Source of the DNA: Candidatus Heimdallarchaeota archaeon
GTDB taxonomy: Archaea; Asgardarchaeota; Wukongarchaeia; Wukongarchaeales; JBHIFL01
Reading direction: 5' to 3'
Assembly: GCA_046761065.1 (NCBI GenBank)
Contig: JBHIFL010000046.1
Span: 1 to 35,607, forward strand
DNA: 35,607 bases
Below the pieces are notes generated by a model. It was not told the DNA's origin. It did not search any database and saw nothing but the letters and a program-made list of their open reading frames with translations. Shown in pieces: positions 1-9,536 of the stretch (the stretch's first letter is position 1; each line of letters begins with the position of its first letter). The translations under genes were made by a program, and so were the position numbers.

Positions 1-283
1 TTACTTAACTATGTTAGAACTCATCAACAACATCTTTGTACCCAATTAATATATTACAAGACTTTTCGATGGTAAATCTGACAGTCTTTTACCTACAAAT
101 CAGTCATTTGGACAGCTTCAAATATTTAAACCCTTATAAAATAGAGGAGGACTTATGACTAAAAAGGCATTTAAAACCAAATAGCTGGTAAAACGCGCTT
201 ATAAAAGGAGCTTCAAACCCTCCCCTTCGAAAATGAAGGGATACCATGAAGCAAATGTGAAACGTTTGCAAATGGTGACGTGA

Positions 284-1123
284 TTGAATAACGTGGAAAT
301 CGCAGAAAAATTATCCCAGATAGCAGACTTCCTTGAGCAATACAAAGGAGACCGAAAACGTGATCAACCAATCCCACTAACATTGTTACTTGACTTAATG
401 GAAGATGCGAACCCTAGAGTCCGCTGGCAGGCGATAGAAGCCCTTGGCGTGTTAGCTGAGTCGGAAAGGTCTGTTGATGCATTGATTGCAGCTCTTCGAG
501 ACCCGAACCATATTGTTCGTTGGAATGCTGCCTTAACACTTGGTGAAGCGGGTGATGAGCGTGCGACATTGCCCTTGCTGGAGATCCTTGAAGATGAAAG
601 CAAAGATGTCCGTGAAATAGCCGAGTGGGCACTTGTAGAATTAGGTGAAAAAATAGTCCCCTCACTGATCGAAGTCCTGACTCAACATCACGACTGGTGG
701 ATCCAACGAGATGCGGCACGGATTCTTGGACTGATCGGTGATGAACGAGCTACCGAGCCTCTCCTCCAAGCACTAAGTGACAGAAGCGAACGAATTCGAG
801 AGAAGGTCGCAGAAGCACTTGGTCGGATTAGCAAACCCCGTGCGATAAAAGGGCTCATCAATGCACTCCAAGACGACTATGGACACACTCGACAGAATGC
901 GATGGAAGCACTGATCAAGATAGGTCCTGATGCGGTTGAAACACTAATCAAAGCATTAAAACACCGAAATAAGATTATTCGAATCCATGTGTGTCAAGTA
1001 CTTGGTGCCATTGGGGATCAACGGGCTATAAAACCGCTAACCCAACTCCGCCATGATTCTGATTTCAAGGTACGCCGAAGCGCCTCGAAGGCCCTGAAGC
1101 AGCTGCGCCAAGAAAGCAAGTAA
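284..1123 (+). CDS. HEAT-repeat (PBS lyase HEAT-like) alpha-solenoid protein
   Basis: About 7-8 tandem ~31-aa repeats (VRWQAIEALG, VRWNAALTLG, IQRDAARILG, IREKVAEALG, VRRSASKAL); TTG start 5 nt after GGTGA. Confidence 0.9.
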   Translation: MNNVEIAEKLSQIADFLEQYKGDRKRDQPIPLTLLLDLMEDANPRVRWQAIEALGVLAESERSVDALIAALRDPNHIVRWNAALTLGEAGDERATLPLLEILEDESKDVREIAEWALVELGEKIVPSLIEVLTQHHDWWIQRDAARILGLIGDERATEPLLQALSDRSERIREKVAEALGRISKPRAIKGLINALQDDYGHTRQNAMEALIKIGPDAVETLIKALKHRNKIIRIHVCQVLGAIGDQRAIKPLTQLRHDSDFKVRRSASKALKQLRQESK

Positions 1124-1354
1124 ATTACTATTTGTAGTTCAAATCCGGTAGGATTATAGTTTAGAACTTCAACAGAGGTGGATTGAAGAGCCTTTTCCTA
1201 TATAACAATTTTTACGTGATTAGCCAACATAACTCTCGAAGGAGTTATTTGAGGGATCTCATTCATTCTTGAAACTTGAACAAACTTCCCAGTCAATTCA
1301 ATAGTTTCGGAAAGGGATTTTCCCTGTTTTTAGCTACTACTAGAATTGTATTTC

Positions 1355-1370
1355 AAAAAAAGGAGGCACC
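1355..1370 (-). terminator. Putative oligo-U terminator of ssb
   Basis: Minus strand GGTGCCTCCTTTTTTT about 65-80 nt after the ssb stop. Confidence 0.4.
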
Positions 1371-1432
1371 AGAGTGGCAAAGCCATTCTTTGCGAATCTA
1401 TTGGTGTATGTTTCACCTATTAATCTGAGTCA

Positions 1433-1909
1433 TTAATACCTTCTGGTGCGTCTATAATCCCGGTCACGGCGACCTCCGCCTCCACGATAGCCACTACCAT
1501 AGGAGCCACTGCCACCATAGCGAGAACCTCCATAACGTCGTGGTCGCTCGACAAATCGATCGGAAAGGGCATTTTCCTCATTGACTTCTTCAATAGCTCG
1601 GTCAGAAGGTTCTAAATGTCCGTATTTCCCTACACTTAATCGCATACTGTTCCTAAAGACGGTGACGTAGCCGTTGGAGAGCTTATAGATACTGCCTACT
1701 TCGACTTGGTCTATAGAATCGTCCCACAAAGACATGACGATGGATCCTGTTTCATCTCCAACTAGAGTGTCTGAAACTCGGTGGGTGCTTCCATCACGGG
1801 AAGTGACTTCACGGGGTTCATCTTGATTGATGACCTTGAAGTGTACGTTAACTCGCCTGGAATTGGTTGATAGGTCGCCAATTTTTACTTCTGTTTCCTC
1901 AAAATCCAT
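1433..1909 (-). CDS. ssb: Single-OB-fold single-stranded DNA-binding protein (crenarchaeal SSB/hSSB1-like) with Gly/Arg/Tyr-rich tail
   Basis: OB-fold motifs VGDETGSIVMSLWD and NGYVTVFRNSMRLSVGKYG; C-terminal RRYGGSRYGGSGSYGSGYRGGGGRR. Confidence 0.9.
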   Translation of the reverse strand: MDFEETEVKIGDLSTNSRRVNVHFKVINQDEPREVTSRDGSTHRVSDTLVGDETGSIVMSLWDDSIDQVEVGSIYKLSNGYVTVFRNSMRLSVGKYGHLEPSDRAIEEVNEENALSDRFVERPRRYGGSRYGGSGSYGSGYRGGGGRRDRDYRRTRRY

Positions 1910-2021
1910 AACTTATTTCCTTCTACGTATTTATGGCTTACAGATTCCTTATCGGTACATCCTCGCCATCACCCACCCGCAGTAAGCCAGTCGGTGAGAA
2001 AATAGGAGGGTTCCATAGGTG

Positions 2022-2062
2022 TCTGTATACAGAGCTATTTAGATGCACCAAACATATATAAA
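2022..2062 (-). promoter_or_regulatory. Putative ssb promoter: TATA box plus 12-bp palindrome over the predicted start site
   Basis: Minus strand TTTATATA at 2062-2055; TCTGTATACAGA at 2022-2033. Confidence 0.45.
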
Positions 2063-2462
2063 CCTGTGGGTGGTTCCTTTTGGCTATGGCTATTTACTTG
2101 CTAATGCCCGTATAGCTAATAATTACAAAACTTGACCACTTTATCTGACCAACTTATAAAATAGCCAGGATAGTTTAGCCATGTAAATGTTCATGTTGCT
2201 TTCACAAAATAATGAACAATATCAGGTATAATGAACCTTTGATCATTCCTTCAGAACATTCTCCCTCTTAATTTAATAAAAATCATTTTATGCTATATTC
2301 TAATTGACAGGGTAATTATATATTCTATCCTCTTATTCATACATGAATAGTTTTCTTAAAGAATTTGTAATATAAAATGGATAGATTAGGCATTAATTAA
2401 CCGTTAAGCTTTAAGTTAAATATCGATTGATTTTATTTAGATATGCCTAAAAGTGACATCAT

Positions 2463-2499
2463 CGAAAAGTTTATAAATAATAAACGTAAAACTTAAATA
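2463..2499 (+). promoter_or_regulatory. Tandem BRE-TATA promoter elements upstream of tfb
   Basis: CGAAAAG-TTTATAAA (2463-2477) and CGTAAAA-CTTAAATA (2485-2499) match the archaeal BRE/TATA consensus. Confidence 0.55.
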
Positions 2500-2819
2500 T
2501 GAGAATTAGGAGACCGATAGGAACATTATTATCATTTAACAGTTGATTATGTTTCTGTCATAATCGCAGCTTGTTTTGAACGAGCTCCTTATCTCTATCA
2601 AAATAAGCTAAATGAAAAGTAAAGTACTGGCTTTATACGGGGAAAATGGTGCAAATCTACGAGACAAACAGGTGTATATAACATCAGCACCGTGTCTTGG
2701 GAGAACAACTAGAATATTCCTATCTAATAACCTGATAATACAATTATAGGATTTAATAGACCCATAATTGGTCTATTATACTTTATTGTTCATAATAAAT
2801 GAAAGAAGGGGATGATAAA

Positions 2820-3776
2820 ATGGATAGTACCCTTGTAAAGAAGAAAGAAACCGAAAAACCGCCATTCGACATTTTACGCTGCCCTGAATGTCATAGTCCC
2901 AGATTAATTTATGATGAAACCACAGGAGATCAAATTTGTAGAAATTGTGGAGCTGTTATTGGTGATCGGATCATTGACATGGGACCAGAATGGAGAGCCT
3001 TTTCTTCAGAAGAGCAAGATTCAAAATCCCGTGTTGGCAGTCCATCCACATTAAGGATCCATGACAAAGGGCTTAGTACCCAAATAGACCCGCGAGATCG
3101 AGACATTTATGGTCAGCGACTAGGACCTCGAATGCAACAGCAGGTGCATCGCCTTAGGAGATGGCAAAGGCGGAGTTCTATGCAATCATCTGAAGAACGG
3201 AATCTGCTTCAGGCCTTCAATGAACTTGACCGAATTAGTAGTCAATTAGGAATTCCAAGAACCGCGCGAGAAACCAGTGCAATGATATACCGTAAAACCT
3301 TGGACAAACATCTCTCACGTGGAAGAAGCATTGACGCGTTGGTAGCAGCTGCAATCTATGCGGCGGCCCGTATGAGAGGAGTCCCACTAACTCTTGAAGA
3401 TGTTTCATTACGAAGTAAAGTTACAAAAAAAGATTTAGGGAAAGCCTATAGGGTTCTAGCAATGGAACTGAACCTAAAAGTTCCTCCTCCCAATCCAATC
3501 GCCTATATTCCGCGGTATGCAACAGAATTACAATTGTCAGGGACTTGCCAAAGAGAAGCGGTTAATCTCCTTAGAAAAGCAAAGGAAAATGGCCTAACTG
3601 GAGGAAAAGACCCCAAAGGGATGGCTGCCGCAGCTCTCTATCTAGCAGGAATCCTAGTTGGTGAAAGGAGAACCCAACGGGAGATCGCAGAGGCAACATC
3701 TGTAACAGAAGTTACAGTTCGGAACAGATACAAGGATTTAGTCAAAAAATTAGAGCTTATAGAGCTCGCAATGTAA
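2820..3776 (+). CDS. tfb: Transcription initiation factor IIB (TFB)
   Basis: Zn ribbon CPECHS...CRNCG, B-reader GPEWRAF, HDKGLST, two cyclin folds, HTH TQREIAEATSVTEVTVRNRYK. ATG 2820 follows a purine-rich SD (ORF track starts at 2799). Confidence 0.97.
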   Translation: MDSTLVKKKETEKPPFDILRCPECHSPRLIYDETTGDQICRNCGAVIGDRIIDMGPEWRAFSSEEQDSKSRVGSPSTLRIHDKGLSTQIDPRDRDIYGQRLGPRMQQQVHRLRRWQRRSSMQSSEERNLLQAFNELDRISSQLGIPRTARETSAMIYRKTLDKHLSRGRSIDALVAAAIYAAARMRGVPLTLEDVSLRSKVTKKDLGKAYRVLAMELNLKVPPPNPIAYIPRYATELQLSGTCQREAVNLLRKAKENGLTGGKDPKGMAAAALYLAGILVGERRTQREIAEATSVTEVTVRNRYKDLVKKLELIELAM

Positions 3777-3788
3777 GTGGGAAGTCAA

Positions 3789-3813
3789 GGAGGGAGCATT
3801 TAGCTCTTTTTCC
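3789..3813 (+). terminator. Hairpin/oligo-U terminator after tfb
   Basis: GGAGGGAGC-ATTTA-GCTCTTTTTCC just after the stop. Confidence 0.5.
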
Positions 3814-3947
3814 ACGTTTTGCTGTTTGAAAAAGAGTATGTAGTAGTTATAACTAGCCTTTCAGAGGAAACACCCATTCACTTTTAAATTAGGAATGAAA
3901 TCTCACAAAATATGGAACCTTTAACTTGGACTGCTGGAGGTATGCCG

Positions 3948-5684
3948 ATGCGTTTCACAACACGTCCCGTAGTAATGGGGACCCATGGTGCTGTGACTTC
4001 CGGACATTACCTTGCCAGTGTTATTGGATTAAACATCCTACAAAAGGGGGGTAATGCAATCGATGCGGGGGTGGCAATGGGATTTGCGGTTACAGTATTA
4101 GAACCACATCTAGTTGGGATTGGTGGGGAAGTACCGATTTTGATTTATTCTGCGGAGCTAGAAAAAGTTATTGCTATCAACGGTCAAGGATTTGCACCTA
4201 AGAACGGGACGATTGAATGGTTCCAAGAACAACAAATTGAGCAAATACCGGGCGATGGGTTCTTACCTGCAACGGTTCCAGGGGCGTTTGATGGCTGGGT
4301 ATTGGCACTTTCACAATTTGGGTCCATGACCCTCAAAGAAGTTCTGACACCCGCAATTAACCTTGCTGAAGAGGGCTTCCCTATGTACTTCCGACTCCAC
4401 CAGCGGATCGAAGCCTTAAGCGACCGATTCATGAAAGAATGGCCTAGTAGCGCAAAGATTTTTCTACCAAATATGAAAACTCCAAAAGCTGGGCATATTT
4501 TCAAACAGGAATCCTGGGCAAAAACCTTCAAAGAAATTGTAAAAGAAGAACAGAAATATAAAAACATGGGGCGGGAAGCAGCTCTCTCAGCTGTAAGAGA
4601 TTACTTCTACCACGGTCCTATTGCCCAACGAATAATAGAATATTCTTCCCATACAAAAATCGTAGATGCCACCGGTACCGCGCATTCCAGCCTCCTAACA
4701 TTGGAAGATTTTGAAGCTTACCATGCAAAAATTGAAGAGCCCATTTCATTCAATTATCGCGGCTTGGCGATCCATAAGTGCAACACATGGTGCCAAGGAG
4801 CAGTTTTGCTCCAGCAGTTGAGTTTATTGCAGGGATTTGACCTAAAGTCTATGAAACATAACTCCACACAATATCTACACCTCCTGATAGAGTGTGCAAA
4901 ACTAGCTTTTGCTGACAGGGAACAATTCTATGGGGATCCTGATTTTGTGGAAGTTCCACTTGATAGATTGTTATCCGAAGAATACGCCAGAGAGCGGAGG
5001 GCGTTGATTGATCCTGGAAAGGCATCTTTAGAGTTCCGACCGGGAGATGGAACTATTAAAACCTTACCCAAAGGAGATGAGACACCCTCCTCCCACTGTA
5101 ATGACACCACTCATATCGAGGCAGCTGATGCCCAAGGAAACATGATTTCTGCGACTCCTTCAGGGGGTTGGATTTCTTCCTCTCCAGTTATCCCTGGCTT
5201 AGGATTCCCCTTGGGCACACGAGCACAAATGTTCTCCTTAGACCCAAAGCATCCTAATTGTTTACAACCCCACAAACGACCTCGAACAACCCTAACACCT
5301 TCCCTTGTAACAAAAAATGGCAGACCGTTTATGACCTTCGGAACCCCAGGGGGAGACTCTCAAGACCAATGGACGCTGCAGTTCTTCTTGAATTTCGTTG
5401 AATTCGGGATGGATCTGCAAGAGGCACTCGACGCGCCAACATTTCACTCCCTTCACTTCCCTTCATCTTTCTATCCGCGAAAAGCCCATCCAGGGCGAGT
5501 GTCCATCGAAAGTCGAGTTCCCGAAGATGTTCGAAAAGAATTAGCACAAAAAGGTCATGAATTCATTATACCTGGAGGTTGGGAACATGGAAGATGCCTA
5601 GCTATCCTGTTCGATGAATCAACAGGAGTGATCTCAGCTGGGGCCTCACCAAGACGTGAAACAGGCTATGCAATAGCGTGGTAA
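3948..5684 (+). CDS. ggt: Gamma-glutamyltransferase family Ntn-hydrolase
   Basis: GGNAIDAGVA, TVPGA, autoprocessing Thr in NDTTHIEAADAQGN, KRPRTTLTP, GTPGGDSQ. GGAGGT SD favours ATG 3948 (ORF track 3912). Confidence 0.92.
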   Translation: MRFTTRPVVMGTHGAVTSGHYLASVIGLNILQKGGNAIDAGVAMGFAVTVLEPHLVGIGGEVPILIYSAELEKVIAINGQGFAPKNGTIEWFQEQQIEQIPGDGFLPATVPGAFDGWVLALSQFGSMTLKEVLTPAINLAEEGFPMYFRLHQRIEALSDRFMKEWPSSAKIFLPNMKTPKAGHIFKQESWAKTFKEIVKEEQKYKNMGREAALSAVRDYFYHGPIAQRIIEYSSHTKIVDATGTAHSSLLTLEDFEAYHAKIEEPISFNYRGLAIHKCNTWCQGAVLLQQLSLLQGFDLKSMKHNSTQYLHLLIECAKLAFADREQFYGDPDFVEVPLDRLLSEEYARERRALIDPGKASLEFRPGDGTIKTLPKGDETPSSHCNDTTHIEAADAQGNMISATPSGGWISSSPVIPGLGFPLGTRAQMFSLDPKHPNCLQPHKRPRTTLTPSLVTKNGRPFMTFGTPGGDSQDQWTLQFFLNFVEFGMDLQEALDAPTFHSLHFPSSFYPRKAHPGRVSIESRVPEDVRKELAQKGHEFIIPGGWEHGRCLAILFDESTGVISAGASPRRETGYAIAW

Positions 5685-5781
5685 TTGTAATGCGCCTTTG
5701 TTGTCTCATCTGAGGTGCAGCCATTGCGGATTCACCTAAACTCAATCACATTCCTACAGATAATTTTTGGAGGGTTAATTT

Positions 5782-6597
5782 ATGAGTAGGAGCTCGAATG
5801 AGACTGGACAACCCTTTGCTAATAAAATAGCTATTACAGAGGATATTACTATCTCGTTCTACCATTGTGTTGGTGAAAAGGATCTGATACTATTACTTTT
5901 TCACGGATTAGGTAGCTCAAAAGAAGATTACCTTCAAATTTTTAATTATGATAAGTTGAAAGCCAACACCATAACCATTCCTGACCTTGTGGGTCATGGA
6001 GAATCTTCTAAACCTCCAAACTTCTCCTATTCCATGGATGATCAAGCGAAAATTTTGTTTCGCCTTCTCGAAAGGCTTTCTTTCAAAAGTAACATTGTTT
6101 TAGTAGCCCATTCTATGGGGGGCCCGATAGCCGTTTCCTTAGCTGAACTATTGAGTGATAGAGTTGTAGGAATGGTTTATGCTGAAGGAAATATTGATGT
6201 AGGAGATTGCTTCTTTTCAAAATTTGTTATTGATTCATTTTCCCTTGAGAATTGGGAAGATACCGGCTTTGAACAATCTTTAGCAGAGATTCGGAAAGAT
6301 CCCGATTTAGCTGACTTTGCAGTGTCTTTTGCAAAAGCAGGAGCAATTACTACTTACAAATCTTCTGAAGACTTAGTTAGAGTTTCCAAAGAAGATACTC
6401 TTCTGGAGAGACTTATACAACTATCTATTCCCGTTTTAGCCATTTTCGGGGCTAAAAATAAGGGAAAGTTTAGTTCGGAAAAGAAGCTCCAGGCAAAATT
6501 TCCTATCCGGTATATTCCTGATGCGGGGCATGGTATGATGGTTGAGAACCCGCATGCATTTTATAAAACTATAATTGATTTTTTAGAGCAATGCTAA
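5782..6597 (+). CDS. Alpha/beta fold hydrolase
   Basis: HGLG oxyanion motif, DLVGHGES, nucleophile elbow AHSMGG, C-terminal DAGH. Confidence 0.9.
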   Translation: MSRSSNETGQPFANKIAITEDITISFYHCVGEKDLILLLFHGLGSSKEDYLQIFNYDKLKANTITIPDLVGHGESSKPPNFSYSMDDQAKILFRLLERLSFKSNIVLVAHSMGGPIAVSLAELLSDRVVGMVYAEGNIDVGDCFFSKFVIDSFSLENWEDTGFEQSLAEIRKDPDLADFAVSFAKAGAITTYKSSEDLVRVSKEDTLLERLIQLSIPVLAIFGAKNKGKFSSEKKLQAKFPIRYIPDAGHGMMVENPHAFYKTIIDFLEQC

Positions 6598-6644
6598 AAA
6601 TTTGAAATCTCAAGGGAAATAAGTTGAATCTAGGAGATCTTATA

Positions 6645-7985
6645 TTACTTTAAGGATTTTTCCACTGTACTAAGCGCTTCATCCAAACTGGCCAGACCCT
6701 CGTCAATTTGTCCTGTTGTCAACTCGAGAGGCGGCTGAATTCGAACCACATTACCCCATCGTCCCCCTTTTCCGATCAGTAAGCTAAGTTTTTTCGTTTC
6801 TTCCATAAGTTGAATCATTTCTTCTGATCCCGGTTCTTTTGTGTTTGGATTTTTGACCAGTTCTAAACCGATCATCATCCCCTGACCACGTACTTCTCCA
6901 ATCAGCGGATGGTCTTCCTGCAAGGCTTCCAGTTTCTGTTTGAAGTGTTCACCCAAGGTTGCTGCTTTCTGTAAGTAGTGATTTTCTTCAATGATCTCTA
7001 TGACGGCGCAAGCCGCTGCGCATGCTAGTGGATTCCCTCCAAAGGTTGCAAATGAGTCGGGCATAGTGTATTCCTCAATATACTCGGGTTTTGTCAAGAA
7101 CCCCGCAATTGGAACTCCACTGCCAAATCCTTTTGCCATTGTGATAAAATCAGGGATTATCCCTGCTTGTTCGATGCCCCACCACTTTTTTCCTGTTCGT
7201 CCAAACCCCGTTTGGACTTCATCTGAAATAAACAGACCTTCATATTCCTCTACAATTTCTTTGGTGATTTTGAAATATTCCAAGGGTGGGGTGACGATTC
7301 CTCCAACCCCTTGGATCGGCTCAACGATGAATGCGGCGAGTTCATTATTTGTTTGCGACTCGATCACTGTCCGCAGAAAGCGCGCGCATTCGAAATCACA
7401 ATCAGGATACTCTTTCCCAAAATGACAACGATAGCAATATCCATACGTCGTGAAGCGGATTCCAGGAGGATGGGCCTCCGGAACTGTACGCCAGCCTGCG
7501 GTTGAGAGTTCTCTCGGTAAAGTTGTTCGGCCGTGGTATGCAAAGATGCAGGCGACAATGTATGGATTGTTCTTATACTTCCTTGCTGCAAATAGCGCCG
7601 CTTCGTTGGCCTCAGACCCGCTGCTAACAACAAACGACGATGTAAGACCCTTAGGAGCGATTTTTGCGAGTTTTTTGGCAAGGACCGCGTACGGGATGGT
7701 GGAATAGAGGGAACTTGTATAAATTAAGCGTTCGGCCTGCCATTTGAGAGTAGCGACAAGCTTTGGATGCGCATAGCCTGCTAGTGTCGTACAGATTCCC
7801 GCAAAGAAATCAATGTAGTGATTTCCATGGATATCCTCGAGGGTTGCCCCTTCACCTCCTACTAACACTAGGGGTTCTTCATAGTAGTGAGCTACTGCGG
7901 GTGCAACATACTTTTTTTCCAATTCCAAAAGTTCTTCTACAGTGTATTCTTTTGTCAGATCCTTTGGGACGAGTTCTCGACTCAT
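6645..7985 (-). CDS. Class III PLP-dependent aminotransferase (AGXT2/omega-amine transaminase-like)
   Basis: SGSEANE, YHGRT, EPIQGVGG, DEVQTGFGRTG, PLP lysine in TMAKG, TFGGNP. Confidence 0.93.
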   Translation of the reverse strand: MSRELVPKDLTKEYTVEELLELEKKYVAPAVAHYYEEPLVLVGGEGATLEDIHGNHYIDFFAGICTTLAGYAHPKLVATLKWQAERLIYTSSLYSTIPYAVLAKKLAKIAPKGLTSSFVVSSGSEANEAALFAARKYKNNPYIVACIFAYHGRTTLPRELSTAGWRTVPEAHPPGIRFTTYGYCYRCHFGKEYPDCDFECARFLRTVIESQTNNELAAFIVEPIQGVGGIVTPPLEYFKITKEIVEEYEGLFISDEVQTGFGRTGKKWWGIEQAGIIPDFITMAKGFGSGVPIAGFLTKPEYIEEYTMPDSFATFGGNPLACAAACAVIEIIEENHYLQKAATLGEHFKQKLEALQEDHPLIGEVRGQGMMIGLELVKNPNTKEPGSEEMIQLMEETKKLSLLIGKGGRWGNVVRIQPPLELTTGQIDEGLASLDEALSTVEKSLK

Positions 7986-8306
7986 AAGGGCACATCCTTA
8001 TAATGAAATCGGATTGAAAACCTGTAATACAGAAATTCCAATTTTTGAAAGTGCTTGAGATGGTTCTTAAGTCATTCTTAATATATTCTTATAAATTAGT
8101 CGAGATGCGATTATATGGTAAAATACAACCTGATCAATGAATCAACTATTTCCTTTAATATGCATAGGAGTTTTCTTTAAGCGCGATTAACTTTTAATAA
8201 ATAGGTCCAGACCTGCCGTTAGCTAAGATCAAATCCCTTATGATTGACTTTTTAGATGATTACACCCTCCCTACCGTTAAGAAATTTTTTAAAGGAGTTG
8301 AAATAT

Positions 8307-9263
8307 TTATCCTGAGGTGAAAAGATAGTCTTCAATCTTTTTCTTGCTCAAATCAACAATAACTCCTCGAAGAATACCTTCACCGTATTCACTACCCGGA
8401 TTAATACAAAGAGTTCTTCCCAGCCGTATCATTCCTTTTGATTCGTGAATATGTCCATGTAATCCTAGCAACGGCTGATTTTCTTCAATGGCTGTCCTAA
8501 CGGAGGTGGAGCCTGCGGGAGTCATGATCAGGTCTCCTCCAGGGGCCAGTAACGGTGTGAGATTTTCATCAAGTTTTGGGGCAGCATCAATAGGTGTGTT
8601 ATAGGGTGGACAATGGAAGTTAAAAATGCAGTTTTTCATGTCTCTTACTTGGCTGACCATCTTTTGGATCTTGTCAGCAAGTTCCTCTTCTTCAATATCT
8701 CGAGGGCATTTCCAAGGAGTCATATTGGCAAAGCCAGTCGAAATCATTTCATGAAATCTGTCTAATTCGATTACTCGCCCTTCAGGGTACATTAAGAGCT
8801 TTGACTTCCTTAATATGTCATCAATCTCAAACCGATCGTCGTTCCCAGGAATGATATATCTATCGACACCCTTCCCTTTTAGTCGTTCTTCTGCAATGCT
8901 AATCCATCGTTCAAGCGACTCGCACATCAACCGGGAAAAAAGTTGATCAATCTTTGCTTTATCGTTTTGTAATTCTTCTATTTCGTCTTTTGTCACTCGA
9001 TACGGGTAGAAACCACTATCCCGAATGATCTTTTCAATGTATTCAAGTTCTTCCTTATTTTTTACTGGGCGATCCCGATCTACAAGTTGTGCGATATAGG
9101 TACCATCACCTTGCTCCACGATTGGTATTACCATTTTTCCGGTGATATCTCCTCCCATAATTAGGATCTGCGCTTTGTAGAAAGGGCCAGCGTTTATAAA
9201 TTTCTTGAAACAACGTTCTGAACCATGAATATCGGTTACATAGAAAATGCGGGTATTTACCAT
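8307..9263 (-). CDS. Icc-related calcineurin-like metallophosphoesterase
   Basis: Motifs TDIHG, GGD, PGNDD, FHCPP, HGHIHE, NPGS. Confidence 0.9.
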   Translation of the reverse strand: MVNTRIFYVTDIHGSERCFKKFINAGPFYKAQILIMGGDITGKMVIPIVEQGDGTYIAQLVDRDRPVKNKEELEYIEKIIRDSGFYPYRVTKDEIEELQNDKAKIDQLFSRLMCESLERWISIAEERLKGKGVDRYIIPGNDDRFEIDDILRKSKLLMYPEGRVIELDRFHEMISTGFANMTPWKCPRDIEEEELADKIQKMVSQVRDMKNCIFNFHCPPYNTPIDAAPKLDENLTPLLAPGGDLIMTPAGSTSVRTAIEENQPLLGLHGHIHESKGMIRLGRTLCINPGSEYGEGILRGVIVDLSKKKIEDYLFTSG

Positions 9264-9536
9264 TTACAGTGCTCCTGCCAATTGATTTATTATATTAAGA
9301 ATTCCTAAGAGTTTGAGGGCTATCGAGAGATTGGAATACTTTTTTTATTATTTCTTGTTTAGAAGTATAGATTAACGTCTCTTAACGCTTTAAATAGGTT
9401 TTGATATTCGAAAAAAGAATATCCAGATAAGTTCAGATGTTATTTGAAGATTCTACGATTAGGTGTTCTAAATAATTAACCCTATTATTTAACAAAAAAA
9501 AGAGGTAATAAGGTTTGTTTGAAAATTATAGGGTTT

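Noticed and set aside
1130-1330. Long minus-strand frame with one TAG between the HEAT gene and ssb
   Set aside because: No SD-linked start or recognisable motif.
2080-2460. Replication origin in the AT-rich ssb-tfb spacer
   Set aside because: No recognisable ORB elements and no orc1/cdc6 nearby; only short imperfect repeats (ATAATGAAC x2, TGACCA x2).
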